This document shows positions 43,641 to 54,499 of a stretch of 64,000 bases of DNA, piece after piece. Every line of letters begins with the position of its first letter. Position 1 is the stretch's first letter. Location of the stretch: the NCBI GenBank assembly GCA_963772255.1, contig CAVYWK010000021.1, positions 211,462 to 275,461 of the forward strand, given 5' to 3'. The position numbers and the translations under genes were made by a program. The stretch is from an uncultured Acidobacteriota bacterium. Lineage in GTDB: Bacteria; Acidobacteriota; UBA4820; DSQY01. Below the pieces are notes generated by a model. It was not told the origin of the DNA. It worked only from the letters and a program-made list of their open reading frames with translations, and searched no databases.

Positions 43641-44228
43641 GTGCGCATCCTCGTCGTCCTCGCACATCCCGACCGTGAGAGCTTCAACGCGGCCCTGTGC
43701 CGGGAATTCTGCCGTGGCCTTCGTGACGCGGGCCACGAGCCCGACGTGGCCGACCTCTACGCCGAAGCCTTCGACCCGAGGCTGGAGACCGCCGAACTGC
43801 GCCGCATGGGCTCGGGCGCGACGGAGCCTGAGGTCAAGGCCTTCCAGGACCGCATCATAGCCGCCCGGGGGCTCGCCTTCTTTTTCCCCGTGTGGTGGTT
43901 CGGTCCACCCGCCATCCTCAAGGGCTTCGTGGACCGGGTGTTCCAGGAGAACTTCGCCTTCCGATTCTTGCCCGGAGGGCTCGTGGAAGGCCTCCTGAGC
44001 CATCCGAAGGCCCTGGTGATGAACACCACGGGGACGGGCGCGCTCCTCTACCGCACCTTCGGCTTCGACAAGCCCCTCCACAAAACCTTCTGCGAGTGGA
44101 CCCTGCGGTTCTGCGGCGTGAAGGAGGTCAGGCAAGTCCTCCTCCACAACGCCGTGGAGGCGGACGACGCCACCCGCCGGGAGTACTTGGAGCAGGCCGG
44201 CAAGCTCGGCAGAGAATTCTTCGGATAG
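43641..44228 (+). CDS. Flavodoxin-fold NAD(P)H:quinone oxidoreductase
   Basis: AHPDRESFN, DLY, FPVWWFGPPAILKGFVDRV. Confidence 0.88.
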   Translation: MRILVVLAHPDRESFNAALCREFCRGLRDAGHEPDVADLYAEAFDPRLETAELRRMGSGATEPEVKAFQDRIIAARGLAFFFPVWWFGPPAILKGFVDRVFQENFAFRFLPGGLVEGLLSHPKALVMNTTGTGALLYRTFGFDKPLHKTFCEWTLRFCGVKEVRQVLLHNAVEADDATRREYLEQAGKLGREFFG

Positions 44229-44285
44229 GAAGCGCTCGGAATCCCCATGACAGTGCCCCTCACCGATGGGGATGCAAGCCTGTCC

Positions 44286-44400
44286 GTCATCCCGAGACTT
44301 CCTTTGCGACGGGCAGCTTTCGAAGGATCTCGGCCGGCTTCGCTGCAGGTACGATGTGAGATCCTTCCTGGATTCGCTCTGGGGATGCCGTCAGGATGAC
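44286..44400. repeat. REP/MITE-like nested palindromic element
   Basis: GTCATCCCGA...GAAGGATCT...AGATCCTTC...TCAGGATGAC form nested inverted repeats between convergent genes. Confidence 0.7.
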
Positions 44401-44435
44401 CGCGAGGCGCGGGGGGCACCTTCCGCCTTGCCGGG

Positions 44436-46926
44436 TCACTTGAGCTCGTCCCACCGCTTGCCGGTGGAGAGGCTCACCGCGAGGGGAACGCGGAGCACCA
44501 TGGCGGTCACCATGGCGTGCTTCAGCACCCGCCCGGCCTCCTCGGCCCGGTCCTCGGGCGCCTCCACGATGAGCTCGTCGTGGACCTGGAGGACGAGGCG
44601 GCATCCCGGGGGCAACTCGGGTTCCACGGCCACCATGGCCTTCTTGATGAGGTCCGCCGCGGAGCCCTGCACGGGGGTGTTCACGGCCTGGCGCAACAAG
44701 CGCCTGCTGGAGTGGCTTGGCGGCCTTGGCGATGCCGGGGAACCGGCGCCGGCGGCCCAGCAGGGTGGTCACTTCCTCCGTCTCCAGTGCCTGGGCCTGC
44801 ACGCCGTCAAGGTAGCCCTTGACCTTGGGGAACCGGGCGAAGTAGCGCTCGATGAAGGCCTTGGCGTCCTTCTGGGAGACGCCCAATTCCCGGGCGAGGC
44901 CGAAGGGGCCCATGCCGTAAAGGATGCCGAAATTCACCGCCTTGGCCTGCCGGCGCATGTCGGAGGTGACGAACATGGGGCCCACGTCGAAGACCTCCGC
45001 GGCGGTGGTGGTGTGGATGTCCTCGCCCCGCTCGAAGACCCTGAGCAGGGAAGCGTCCCCGCACAGGTGCGCCAGGATGCGCAGCTCGATCTGAGAGTAA
45101 TCGGCGCCCACGAAGAGATGCCCCTCCCCCGCGACGAACCCGTGCCTGATCTTGGGACCCCATCCGCCCTTCATGGGGATGTTCTGCAGGTTCGGATCGG
45201 AGGAGGACAAGCGCCCCGTGGCGGCCACCGTCTGGTTGAACCGGGCGTGGACGCGCCCCGTGGCGGGGTCCACCCAGGCCGGCAGCGGGTCCACGTAGGT
45301 GCCCTTGAGCTTGCTGAGAATACGATAGTCCAGAACCAGCGGAACGATGGGGTGGACTTCCCTCAAGCTCTCGAGGACCTCGTTGTCGGTGGAGAAGGAT
45401 TTGGTCTTGCTCGTCTTCTTCAGGACGGGGAGGTTCAGCTTCTCGAAGAGGACCTCCCCGAGCTGTTTGGGGCTGGCCACGTTGAACGCCAGCCCCGCGG
45501 CCTCGTGGATCTGGTGCTCCAAGGATTTGAGGGTCGTCTCCAGTTCGCGCCCCAGCGCATGAAAGTAGGGCACGTCCACCCCGATGCCCGCGGCCTCCAT
45601 GCGGGCCAAAATCGGGATGAGGGGACGCTCCACTTCCTGGAACAGCTCCGCCATTCCCGCGGCTTCGAGCTTGGATTCCAGGGGCACCTTGATCCGGGCG
45701 AGGGCGAGGGCCTCGGCGGCGCGATCTCCCGCCTGGGGCGCCGCGCCGGTGAGATCCTCCGAGAGCCTCGCCAGGGAGGGAACGGCCCCCGAGGGTTCGA
45801 TGAGGTATCCCGCCACCGAGGCGTCCAGGCACGTCGGTGCAAGACCTGTCCCCTCGCCGACCCGATGCAGCAGGGACTTCAGATCGTAGGCGCAGAGCGC
45901 CCAGGAGGAGAGTCCCGCGCCGCACATGGCGCGCAGGTCTCCTTGCCACACGCGCTCTCCGTCGGAGACCCACGCCGAATCCCCGTCCCAGCACAGACCC
46001 ACAGCCTTCGCGGCCAGAGCCGCCGCGGCACCCTCATCCATGGGAACGGCATCGGCGCCAAGCTTCTGAGCGGGCGGAGGTGGCGCCTCGGCGAGGGAGC
46101 CGAATTCCCAGCGGGTGTACAGCGCCTGCAGCGCCTCCCGGTCGGGAGCCTGCCGGTGAAAGTCGCCGGGCTCCTCCGTCAGGGGCGCGTCCTGCCGAAC
46201 GGTAGCCAGCTCGCGGGAGAACCTCGCGGCGTCGGCGTGCTGTTCCAGTCCCTCCCGGTAGGCCTTGCGCGTGACCTCGCCGGCATGGGCCAGGACGCTC
46301 TCCAGGTCGCCGTACTGTCTCACCAGTTCCTTGGCGCCCTTCTCCCCGATGCCGGGCACTCCGGGGATGTTGTCCGTGGGGTCGCCCCACAGGGCCAACA
46401 CATCCACGACGCGCTCCGGAGGCACGCCGAAGACCTCCTCCACCCCCTTGGCGTCCAGAAAGGCGTCCTCCTTTTTCGTGTGGAGGATGCGCACGCCGGG
46501 CCGCACCAGCTGGAAGAGGTCCTTGTCCGCCGTGACGATGACCACCTCCATCCCGTCGGCCACGGCCTTCTTGGCCAGGGTGGCGATGCAGTCGTCGGCC
46601 TCGTAGCCCTGAAGCTCCACCACGGGCAGGCCCATGGCGCGCAGGATCTCCTTGGCCGGGCCGAACTGGGCCGACAGGTCGGGGGGCGTCTCGGGGCGGT
46701 TGGCCTTGTAGGCTTCGAACGCTTCGTGCCTGAAGGTGGGACCCGGCAGGTCGAAGACCACGGCGATGTGCGACGGATCGCGCTCGCGCAGGAGCTTCTC
46801 CACCATCTTGAGCGTCCCGAAGATGGCATTGGTGGGCCGCCCGTCACGGGTGGAGAGGTGGCGGATCGCGAAAAACGCGCGGTAGAGGATCGAGGAGCCG
46901 TCGATGAGGTAGAGGGTGTCTGCCAT
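44436..46926 (-). CDS. polA: DNA polymerase I (frameshift near 44700)
   Basis: LIDGSS..YRAF 5'-3' exonuclease, TGRLSSSDPNLQNIP, DYSQIELR, AKAVNFGILYG, VQGSAAD, QVHDEL. Confidence 0.95.
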
Positions 46927-47138
46927 GGACTGATTCTAGCAGAAGACCGGCTTACCGCAGAGAACGCAGAGATCGCGGAGGAAAAGCAAGGATTGAGGGC
47001 AACGCCCTTTCTCGCAAATGCCCGCCCTGAGGCAACACCGCAGAGGTCCTTAACCGAACGGGACGCAAAGCGCGCCAAGAAGGAAAAGCACCGACGGGTG
47101 AGGCTCCCTCGCCTAGATGTGGGGTGAAATGGCCTTCC

Positions 47139-47900
47139 TTATCCCAGCCGCTCCATGATGGCCTTGACCAGGCCGTCTGCGGTGGATTCGGCACAGAGCG
47201 GTGCGGGTGAGAGCCCGACCTGCTGGAGGGCGCGCGCGGTGGTGGGGCCGATGGGCTGGCAGACCGATTTTCGGAGAACGGCGCGCGCCGTCTCCGGGAG
47301 AGCCTCCCAAAGGGCCCTCACGGCGGAGGGGCTCGCGAAGAGGGCGGCGTCCACGCCCTGTTCGATGGCCCAGACGTGATCCGGGGTGATGGCCGCGGGC
47401 CGGGTCTCATAGAGCACCAGGGAGGTGAGCTCCCACCCGGTGGCCCGAAGGTGCGCCTCGAATTCTTCCCCGCCCGATGAGGCTCGCGGGAAGAGGAGGT
47501 GGCCGCGCAGGTGCTTCTCGGTCAGGAGCCTGGCGAGGTCCAGCCCCGTGAAGGTCTCGGGCTGGGCTTCGACCTTCAGATCGCGTGCCACCAGCCCCCG
47601 GCTCGTGGCAGGTCCCACCGAAGCCAGCCGCAGGTGCTTGGGGAGATCCAACCCCTCGCTCTCGAGTGCCTGGAAGAAGAATTTCACGGCGTTCTCGCTG
47701 GTGAAGGCCACCCAGCGGAAGCGCTCCAGGTTGGAGAGGATCTCTCGCCCGGCGTCGTCCAGGGGAAGCGCGGAGGTCGTGATGGCGGGAACCCACACCA
47801 CCTGACCGCCCTGTTCCTCCACGGCCTGTGCGAGCTTGGCGCCCTGGGCGCGGGATCTCGTGATGAGGATGCGGCGACCCCTAAGACCCACCATGGCCAC
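47139..47900 (-). CDS. hemD: Uroporphyrinogen-III synthase
   Basis: ILITR, FTSENAV, VGPAT, FASPSAV, IGPTT. Confidence 0.88.
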   Translation of the reverse strand: MAMVGLRGRRILITRSRAQGAKLAQAVEEQGGQVVWVPAITTSALPLDDAGREILSNLERFRWVAFTSENAVKFFFQALESEGLDLPKHLRLASVGPATSRGLVARDLKVEAQPETFTGLDLARLLTEKHLRGHLLFPRASSGGEEFEAHLRATGWELTSLVLYETRPAAITPDHVWAIEQGVDAALFASPSAVRALWEALPETARAVLRKSVCQPIGPTTARALQQVGLSPAPLCAESTADGLVKAIMERLG

Positions 47901-47924
47901 GCCTCCTGGCGGGTGGGATCCGCC

Positions 47925-48845
47925 TCACGGCTGTCCCATTAATGCCGCCGCGCCTTTGGCCCAGAACCGGCTCAGAAGATCGTCGGCAAGCCTGAGCGCA
48001 TCGGCGGCCGAGCCGTCTAACCCGTCGCGGATCTGCGTGGACCCGTCCACGGAAGAGAGGAATCCGCGCAGCACCACCCGATCGTTCTGCACCTCCGCGT
48101 GGATGCCCAGGGGCGTGGTGCACGATCCGCCCAGACCCACCAGGAACCGCCGCTCGGCGTCGATTTCCCTGCGGGCTCTCTCGTCCTGCATCTTGGACAG
48201 GAGGGGGAGAATCCAGGCGTGGTCGCGCCGCGTTTCGATGGCGATGGCGCCCTGACCCACCGCGGGGACCATCTCGTCCCGCGAGAAGAGGCGCGTGATG
48301 CGCCCGCCGTGGCCCAGTCGGTTGAGGCCGGCGGCCGCGAGGATCACGGCGTCCAGTTCTCCCGAATCCACCTTGCGCAGTCGCGTGTCCACATTGCCCC
48401 GGAGCCCGCCGATGACCCAGCCCGGGAACGCGGCCTGGGCCTGGTGCTGGCGGCGCAGGCTCCCCGTGCCGACCCGGGGCGAGGCGGGCAGGTCTTTCTC
48501 CGTCTTGCCTTGGGGCAAGACCAGCGCATCGCGCGGGTCCTGCCGCTGAGGCACGCAGGCCAGGACAAGCTCCGCGGGGTTCTCCGCGGGGTAGTCCTTC
48601 AGGCTGTGGACCGCCAGGTCCACCTCGCCGGCCAGAAGAGCGACCTGGATCTCTTTCACGAAGAGGCCCTTGCCGCCCACCTCCAGGAGGGCTCGGTCCT
48701 GAATGAGGTCACCGCTGGTCTTGATGACCTGGATCTCCACGGCGGTCCCCGGCGCCAGCGCCTCGAGGCGGGATTTCACATAGCGCGCCTGCCAGAGCGC
48801 CAGCGCACTGCCCCGGGTTCCGATTCGGACGGTCTCGGCGGTCAT
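47925..48845 (-). CDS. hemC: Porphobilinogen deaminase
   Basis: IGTRGSALALWQ, GKGLFVKE, AVHSLKD, RGNVDTRL. Confidence 0.95.
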   Translation of the reverse strand: MTAETVRIGTRGSALALWQARYVKSRLEALAPGTAVEIQVIKTSGDLIQDRALLEVGGKGLFVKEIQVALLAGEVDLAVHSLKDYPAENPAELVLACVPQRQDPRDALVLPQGKTEKDLPASPRVGTGSLRRQHQAQAAFPGWVIGGLRGNVDTRLRKVDSGELDAVILAAAGLNRLGHGGRITRLFSRDEMVPAVGQGAIAIETRRDHAWILPLLSKMQDERARREIDAERRFLVGLGGSCTTPLGIHAEVQNDRVVLRGFLSSVDGSTQIRDGLDGSAADALRLADDLLSRFWAKGAAALMGQP

Positions 48846-50137
48846 CGATCCTCCCGGGATGTTTTGTGATCCGGCTCGTTTTCCGTGGGGAACAGCTCGC
48901 GGAAGATCTGGAGTGCGTTGGACGCCTCCTCCTCCAACACGAGCCGCTTGACCTGCGTGACGGGGGCGTGGAGCACCTTGTGCACCACGCGCCGTACGGT
49001 ATTGCGTACGATCTCCTGCTGCTTGGGATTGAGGTCGCCGAGCTTCCGCAGGGCCTCCTCCAGCTCCGCGTCCTGGATCTTGGCCGCCCAGCCCATGACC
49101 CCGCCGATGACCTCCGAGAGGCCCTGGTGCTCCAGAAATCGCGCGTAGAGGTTCAGTTCGGAGGCGATCATGGCCTCCGCCAGCGTGGCCTTCTTCTGGC
49201 GCTCGGCGAGCCCCTCGTCCGCCACCTCCTGGAGGTCGTCGATGTCGTACAGGTAGACGCCGTCGAGCTTGCCCGCGGCCTCCTCGATGTCCCTCGGCAC
49301 GGCGATGTCGATCATGAAGAGGCTCGCCCAGCGCCGCAGCTTCATGACCGTTTCCAGCATGGGCCGCAGGATGACGGGCTGGGACGCGCCCGTGGACGAG
49401 ATGACGATGTCGCTGTGGATGAGCGCTTTCGGGAAGTCCTCCCAGCGCACGACCTCGGCTCCGAACTGCCGTGCAAACTCCACCCCGTGCTCGTAGGTCC
49501 GGTTGGATACGCGCACCTGCTTCACGCCGCTCTCCACGAAGTGCGTGGCCACGATCCGGCTCATCTCGCCGGCGCCCAGCAGAAGGATCCGCTTGGTGCC
49601 CAGGTCCTGAAAGATGCCTTGCGCCAGGTTGAATGCCGCGTAGCTGATGGTGACGGGGCGCTCCCCGATGCCCGTCTGCGTGCGCACCTGCTTGGCCACA
49701 TGGAAGGCCTTCTGGAACAGGAGATTCAGCGGTGTCGTCACGGCTCCGCCATCCCGGGCCAGGAAGTAGGCATCCTTCACCTGCCCCAGGATCTGCGGCT
49801 CTCCCAGGACCATGGAGTCCAGGCCGGAGGCCACCCGGAAGAGGTGCTGGACGGCCTCCTTGTGCTGCTGCACGTAGAAGAGGTCGCGCCTCTCCCGCGG
49901 AAATTGGCGGGCCTCCATGACCGCCTCGATGATGTGGTCGGGGCTCGTCCCTTCGGCCGGGTCGGCATACAGCTCCACCCGGTTGCAGGTGGAGAGGAGC
50001 ACGGCGCCCCTGGCCCGGCCCGATGCCCGCAGCTTCTCGATGAAGGGAAGCTTCTCCGCGTCCCCGAAGGCGAGGCATTCCCTCAGTTCCACGGGAGTGT
50101 TCTTGTGGTTGACGCCTACCAGGATGAGGTCGCTCAA
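48842..50137 (-). CDS. hemA: Glutamyl-tRNA reductase
   Basis: LSTCNRVE, SGLDSMVLGEPQILGQVK, GAGEM, DIAVPRD; TTG start. Confidence 0.95.
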   Translation of the reverse strand: MSDLILVGVNHKNTPVELRECLAFGDAEKLPFIEKLRASGRARGAVLLSTCNRVELYADPAEGTSPDHIIEAVMEARQFPRERRDLFYVQQHKEAVQHLFRVASGLDSMVLGEPQILGQVKDAYFLARDGGAVTTPLNLLFQKAFHVAKQVRTQTGIGERPVTISYAAFNLAQGIFQDLGTKRILLLGAGEMSRIVATHFVESGVKQVRVSNRTYEHGVEFARQFGAEVVRWEDFPKALIHSDIVISSTGASQPVILRPMLETVMKLRRWASLFMIDIAVPRDIEEAAGKLDGVYLYDIDDLQEVADEGLAERQKKATLAEAMIASELNLYARFLEHQGLSEVIGGVMGWAAKIQDAELEEALRKLGDLNPKQQEIVRNTVRRVVHKVLHAPVTQVKRLVLEEEASNALQIFRELFPTENEPDHKTSREDR

Positions 50138-50928
50138 TGCCAGATGATCCCTATGATGATGAGCACGGAGAAGGCGGCCCCCGCCACCACCAGCCAGGAC
50201 CGGCGTCTGGGGTGGACCTTGGCCGTAAGCCAGCCGTAGCCCGCCACTCCCAGGATCACCCACGCGAGCACGCTTGCCGCTTCCAGGACTCCGGGACGGT
50301 AGTTCTGCCCACTTCGGTGAAGGACGCCGTAAAGGATCGAGGAGAACATGCCCAGGCTGAAGAGCGGATAGCCCGCCAAAAGCAGTCGCGCCGACCACCG
50401 CTCGGCCTCCTCGAGGGAGGGGAGCGGCAGGTGCGAAGGGGCGCGGCGGTGGCGCAGGCTGTGGTCCTGCATGATGAAGATGGCGGCGTAGAGGAAGGAC
50501 ACGAAGAAGAACGAGATGCCGAATACCAGCAGGAAAATGTGCACGGCGAACCAGGTTGTAAAGAAGAAGGCCTTCGGCTCGGCGGCGGCCTCGTGCCCCG
50601 AGACGAGCATGCCGACCAGGTAGCACAGGTCCACCACCGGCATGAGAAAGAACGCCAGGATCTTGCTCCGCGTCATCGGGTACATGGCGAAATACAGGGC
50701 GAGCACGGCCCAGGCCGCAAGCTGGAAGAGCTCCATCAGATTCGTGGCGGGCGGGTACCCCCTGTGGAGCCAGACCTCCGTGATCTGCCAGGTCTGCAAG
50801 GCGAATCCGGCTCCCGCCGTGGCCATGGTCAGGACAAACAGGACCCTCTGTCGGAATCCGCCGTACAGCAATGCGAATGCCATGGCCGCGACATAGAAGA
50901 AAAGGGCGAAGTTGCCCGCCACCGTCAT
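50134..50928 (-). CDS. CcsA/HemX-family membrane protein
   Basis: About 8 TM segments, WFAVHI, LPSLEE; directly upstream of hemA. Confidence 0.8.
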   Translation of the reverse strand: MTVAGNFALFFYVAAMAFALLYGGFRQRVLFVLTMATAGAGFALQTWQITEVWLHRGYPPATNLMELFQLAAWAVLALYFAMYPMTRSKILAFFLMPVVDLCYLVGMLVSGHEAAAEPKAFFFTTWFAVHIFLLVFGISFFFVSFLYAAIFIMQDHSLRHRRAPSHLPLPSLEEAERWSARLLLAGYPLFSLGMFSSILYGVLHRSGQNYRPGVLEAASVLAWVILGVAGYGWLTAKVHPRRRSWLVVAGAAFSVLIIIGIIWH

Positions 50929-51290
50929 GTTCGTCCTCCGACGATCCAGCCGCCTCCCACCACCGTGTCCCCCGCGTAGGCCACTGCCGCCTGCCCAGGG
51001 GTCACGCACTGGGGCGTAGCGATCCATTCTATCATCACGCCGTCATCGTGCCCAAAGAGCTTGGCGGGACCTGGATCCTGACGGTAACGCACCTGCACCC
51101 ACGCCTCGCCGGCGTGCTCGCCCTCTGGGGCGTGCCAGTTCCAGCCCTCGGCACGGAATTTCTTCGTTTGAAGCGCCGAACGGGGGCCCACCACGACCTC
51201 ACCCGTTGCGGCGTCGATCTCCACCACGTAGAGGGCTTCCGAGAAGGGAATGCCCAGCCCCTTCCGCTGGCCGACGGTGAACCGGTGGAC
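50925..51290 (-). pseudogene. mnmA: C-terminal fragment of tRNA 2-thiouridylase MnmA; 5' part missing at the junction
   Basis: FTVGQRKGLG, LYVV, VRYR, VTPGQAAV, GGGWI. Confidence 0.85.
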
Positions 51291-51648
51291 TCGCGACGGC
51301 CCAGACTTGCGGTTTGCCCGGTAGGGCCGCCAGCGTCTTGACCGCAAAATCGGCCACCACATCATTGAACTGGCCCACTAGTCCCTGATCTGAACCAAAC
51401 ACGACCGCGCCGATCACACCCGCAACTGTTTTTCCCTTGCTTTCCGCAAAATGTGGCGCAGACCCGCTTTCACGGAAGCATGCGCCCAACCCCAGTTCAA
51501 CTGTGCGATAGTAGTCGGCCAATGCGCTCACCGATTTCTCATATTGTCCTATGCTGGAGGCAGCCGCAGCCTTCATCGTGCGGACGACGGATTGGAGATC
51601 TCCGGCTCCGGCGATCTTTCGACGCAGACTGACCGTGGTCTTGCTCAT
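51291..51648 (-). pseudogene. atpG: N-terminal fragment of N-ATPase gamma subunit, truncated at the junction
   Basis: LQSVVRTMKA, VFGSDQGLVGQFN; breaks off after QVWAV. Confidence 0.85.
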
Positions 51649-51724
51649 GACTTCCCCGCTCGGGTTCGCCCTTCGGCTCGGGTTTGTCTTTCGCTTGTAG
51701 GCTTGGGCCGGCTTGGCTTTGGCT

Positions 51725-53287
51725 TCACTGGCTTGGAGCATCCGGCTTGGGTTCAGGCTTGGGTTCGAAGCGAGCAAGCGATTTGCGGGCGATTTGGATA
51801 ATCGTTTCACGATCCGAGTCGCTCAATTTTTCAGCGGTGTCCAATCGCTCGCGCACATCCGCAGGGATATCTGCCGTCGCCTCGCGTAGCACGTGCTCGG
51901 CCTCCGTCATCTGGTCAAGCGGCACTAGGTCGAAGAGTTCCGCGGTCAAGGCCAGCAGCACAACGATTTGCGCGGGCACGGGAACGGGAGCGAATTCCGG
52001 CTGTTTGAGACAGGCGCGGATTCGCCGTCCGTGTTCGATCGACTTGCGGGTGTTTTCATCCAGGCGGGCTCCAAACCGGGAAAAGGTTTCGAGTTCCTCA
52101 AACTGCGCATAGGCGAGCTTGAGGTCGCCCGCGACGGCGCGGTAGGCGGCACGTTGTGCTTGACCGCCAACGCGCGAAACGGATTTGCCGACATCGACGG
52201 CGGGCAGTACGCCCAATTCAAATAGCGACGGCGAGAGGTAAATCTGCCCATCCGTGATGGAAATAAGATTGGTCGGAATATAGGCGGAAATGTCCTGCGC
52301 TTCGGTTTCGATGATGGGCAGCGCGGTGAGGGAGCCGCCGCCGAGTTCGTTGCGCAAGTGCGTCGCACGTTCGAGCAGCCGCGAGTGGATATAAAAGATG
52401 TCGCCGGGAAACGCTTCGCGACCGGGGGGACGGCGCAGCAAGAGTGATAGTTCGCGGTAGCAGCGTGCGTGGTGTGTGAGGTCGTCGTAAACGATCAGCA
52501 CATCTCGACCCGCTTCCATGAAAGATTCCGCAATGCTGGTCGCGGCGTAAGGAGCGATATAGGCAAGACCCGGCGGGTCGTTGCCTTCCGTGACGACGAC
52601 CACGGTGTAATCCATCGCGCCATTTTCCCGCAGGGTCGCCACGGCCTTCGCGACGGCGGACGCGCGCTGACCGATGGCACAATAAACGCACAGGACATTT
52701 TGGCCGCGCTGGTTGAGGATGGTGTCAATCGCAATGGCGGTCTTACCCGTCTGGCGGTCGCCGAGGATCAACTCGCGCTGGCCGCGCCCAACGGGAATGA
52801 GCGCATCGATGACTTTGAGGCCCGTCTGGAGAGGCACCGTGACGGGCGCGCGGTCCATGATGGGCGGGGCGGGGCGTTCGACGGGCAGGCGCTTGCTGGA
52901 GGCCACTGGCCCGTTGCCATCGAGTGGCCGACCGAGCGGGTTGATGACGCGCCCAAGCAATCCATCGCCCACGGCCACGTCCATGACCCGGCCCGTGCGC
53001 TGGACTTCATCTCCTGCGTGAAGATGCCAGAATTCGCCGAGCAGTACGACGCCGATTTCATCCGCGTCCACATTGAACGCAATTCCGAGCACATCGCCGG
53101 GAAACGTCACCAATTCATCAAAGCCAACGCCAGGAAGACCTGACACTTTGGCGATGCCGGTGGCGACACTGGTGATCGTGCCCACCTCCCGTGGCGTCAG
53201 TTGCGGTGTGAATGTTTCCCGCACCTGGCTTATTTCAGCAAACGCGCTGTCGAAAACGTTTTTGAGGCTCTCAGGGTCCATGTTCAT
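51725..53287 (-). CDS. atpA: N-type ATPase alpha subunit
   Basis: [31 protein letters not shown]; repetitive C-terminal tail. Confidence 0.95.
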   Translation of the reverse strand: MNMDPESLKNVFDSAFAEISQVRETFTPQLTPREVGTITSVATGIAKVSGLPGVGFDELVTFPGDVLGIAFNVDADEIGVVLLGEFWHLHAGDEVQRTGRVMDVAVGDGLLGRVINPLGRPLDGNGPVASSKRLPVERPAPPIMDRAPVTVPLQTGLKVIDALIPVGRGQRELILGDRQTGKTAIAIDTILNQRGQNVLCVYCAIGQRASAVAKAVATLRENGAMDYTVVVVTEGNDPPGLAYIAPYAATSIAESFMEAGRDVLIVYDDLTHHARCYRELSLLLRRPPGREAFPGDIFYIHSRLLERATHLRNELGGGSLTALPIIETEAQDISAYIPTNLISITDGQIYLSPSLFELGVLPAVDVGKSVSRVGGQAQRAAYRAVAGDLKLAYAQFEELETFSRFGARLDENTRKSIEHGRRIRACLKQPEFAPVPVPAQIVVLLALTAELFDLVPLDQMTEAEHVLREATADIPADVRERLDTAEKLSDSDRETIIQIARKSLARFEPKPEPKPDAPSQ

Positions 53288-53354
53288 TGGCTCTTTGTTT
53301 CGGGCTTAGGCTTTTCAAGCTTTAGGCTTCGGGCTTGGCTTCAGGCTCTTGGCT

Positions 53355-54182
53355 TCAGGCTTGGCTTCGGGTCTTGGGTTCGGCCTTGGCTTCAGGTTTG
53401 GGTTCGGTCTTGGCTATAGGTTTGTCGTTCTCTTTCAGGAGTTCATCGACGCTTTTTTCCATCGACGTCAGATAATCCGCGATGCTCCACGCAACCTTTT
53501 GTCCATTCGTGGTGAGTTCAATGCCGCTGATCAGGTCCGGCGCGGTCTCGAAACGGACGTGGATTTCAGCCGAGAAGGTTTCGTTCAGCGCATTTTGTAT
53601 CGCTGCGCGTTGCTGCGCGGGCAAGTCGAACGCGCTGCGCACGACTGCGGGGTCAGACGCTGTCTTAAGGGGCTGGGCGAGACCTGCTTTCGCCTGGGCG
53701 TCCATCTCTCGAAGACGGCGAGTGAATACTTCGCCCAGGCGTTCTTCCAGACTCACCGTGGCGAGATCTGTCAGCGTTTTTCGTGCGATGGCAAATACTT
53801 CCTGTTGCGTTCGTCGGCTGATCGCTTGATGTAGGGTATGCTCTTGGTCTCTCAGCGCCTCCTGTAATTTTGAACTCAAAGCCGCGGCGTCCTTCCGCGC
53901 TTCGTCGAGGAGCCGCTGACGTTCGGCCTTCGCCTCGTCGGTTGCCTTGCTCAAGAGCGCAGCGCGTTGCTTGTCAAACTCCTCGTTCTTGTGCTTGAAG
54001 TCGTCGCTCTCCTTTTGGGCTTCGGCCTTTTTTTTGTCGGCATTCGCCAGTTCCGTGGCGATCCGCTTCTCCCTCTCATCGATGGCATGGAGGATAGGCT
54101 TGTAAAGGAAGCGCTTCATCAACCACACCAGGATGAGGAAGTTGACCACCTGCGCGGCGACCGTGAACCAATCAATTAACAT
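53355..54182 (-). CDS. atpF: N-type ATPase long b subunit (probably extends to ~53284)
   Basis: MLIDWFTVAAQVVNFLIL; C-terminal delta-like LISGIEL..KVAWS. Confidence 0.9.
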   Translation of the reverse strand: MLIDWFTVAAQVVNFLILVWLMKRFLYKPILHAIDEREKRIATELANADKKKAEAQKESDDFKHKNEEFDKQRAALLSKATDEAKAERQRLLDEARKDAAALSSKLQEALRDQEHTLHQAISRRTQQEVFAIARKTLTDLATVSLEERLGEVFTRRLREMDAQAKAGLAQPLKTASDPAVVRSAFDLPAQQRAAIQNALNETFSAEIHVRFETAPDLISGIELTTNGQKVAWSIADYLTSMEKSVDELLKENDKPIAKTEPKPEAKAEPKTRSQA

Positions 54183-54186
54183 AGGT

Positions 54187-54468
54187 TTACTTTCCTGTTG
54201 CTTGGGCGATGACGTGGTTCCAGAAAGGGTTAGCGAAGATCAGAATCATCGAGACCACAAAGCAATAGATGGCCAGGGACTCGATCATCGCCAGGCCGAC
54301 GAACAAGGTTCGCGTGATGGTCGCGGAGGCATCGGGCTGCTGGGCCAGAGAACTCAGCGCGGTCGCAACAGCCCGCCCTTCCGCCAGCGCGGGAATCATA
54401 GTCCCGATACCGATGGTGAAGCCGGCGATAACAATTGATGCCACCGCGATAATCGTCATGCTGTCCAT
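54187..54468 (-). CDS. atpE: N-type ATPase c subunit
   Basis: PALAEG, AQQPD, MIESLAIY, FANP. Confidence 0.93.
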   Translation of the reverse strand: MDSMTIIAVASIVIAGFTIGIGTMIPALAEGRAVATALSSLAQQPDASATITRTLFVGLAMIESLAIYCFVVSMILIFANPFWNHVIAQATGK

Positions 54469-54499
54469 GGGATCTCCTTCTGTTGTCGTAGTTCACGTT

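Noticed and set aside
18707-47127. Long antisense or off-frame ORFs (e.g. 18707-21070, 33234-35711, 44266-47127)
   Set aside because: They overlap well-supported genes, are Arg/Pro/Gly-rich and are expected in high-GC DNA.
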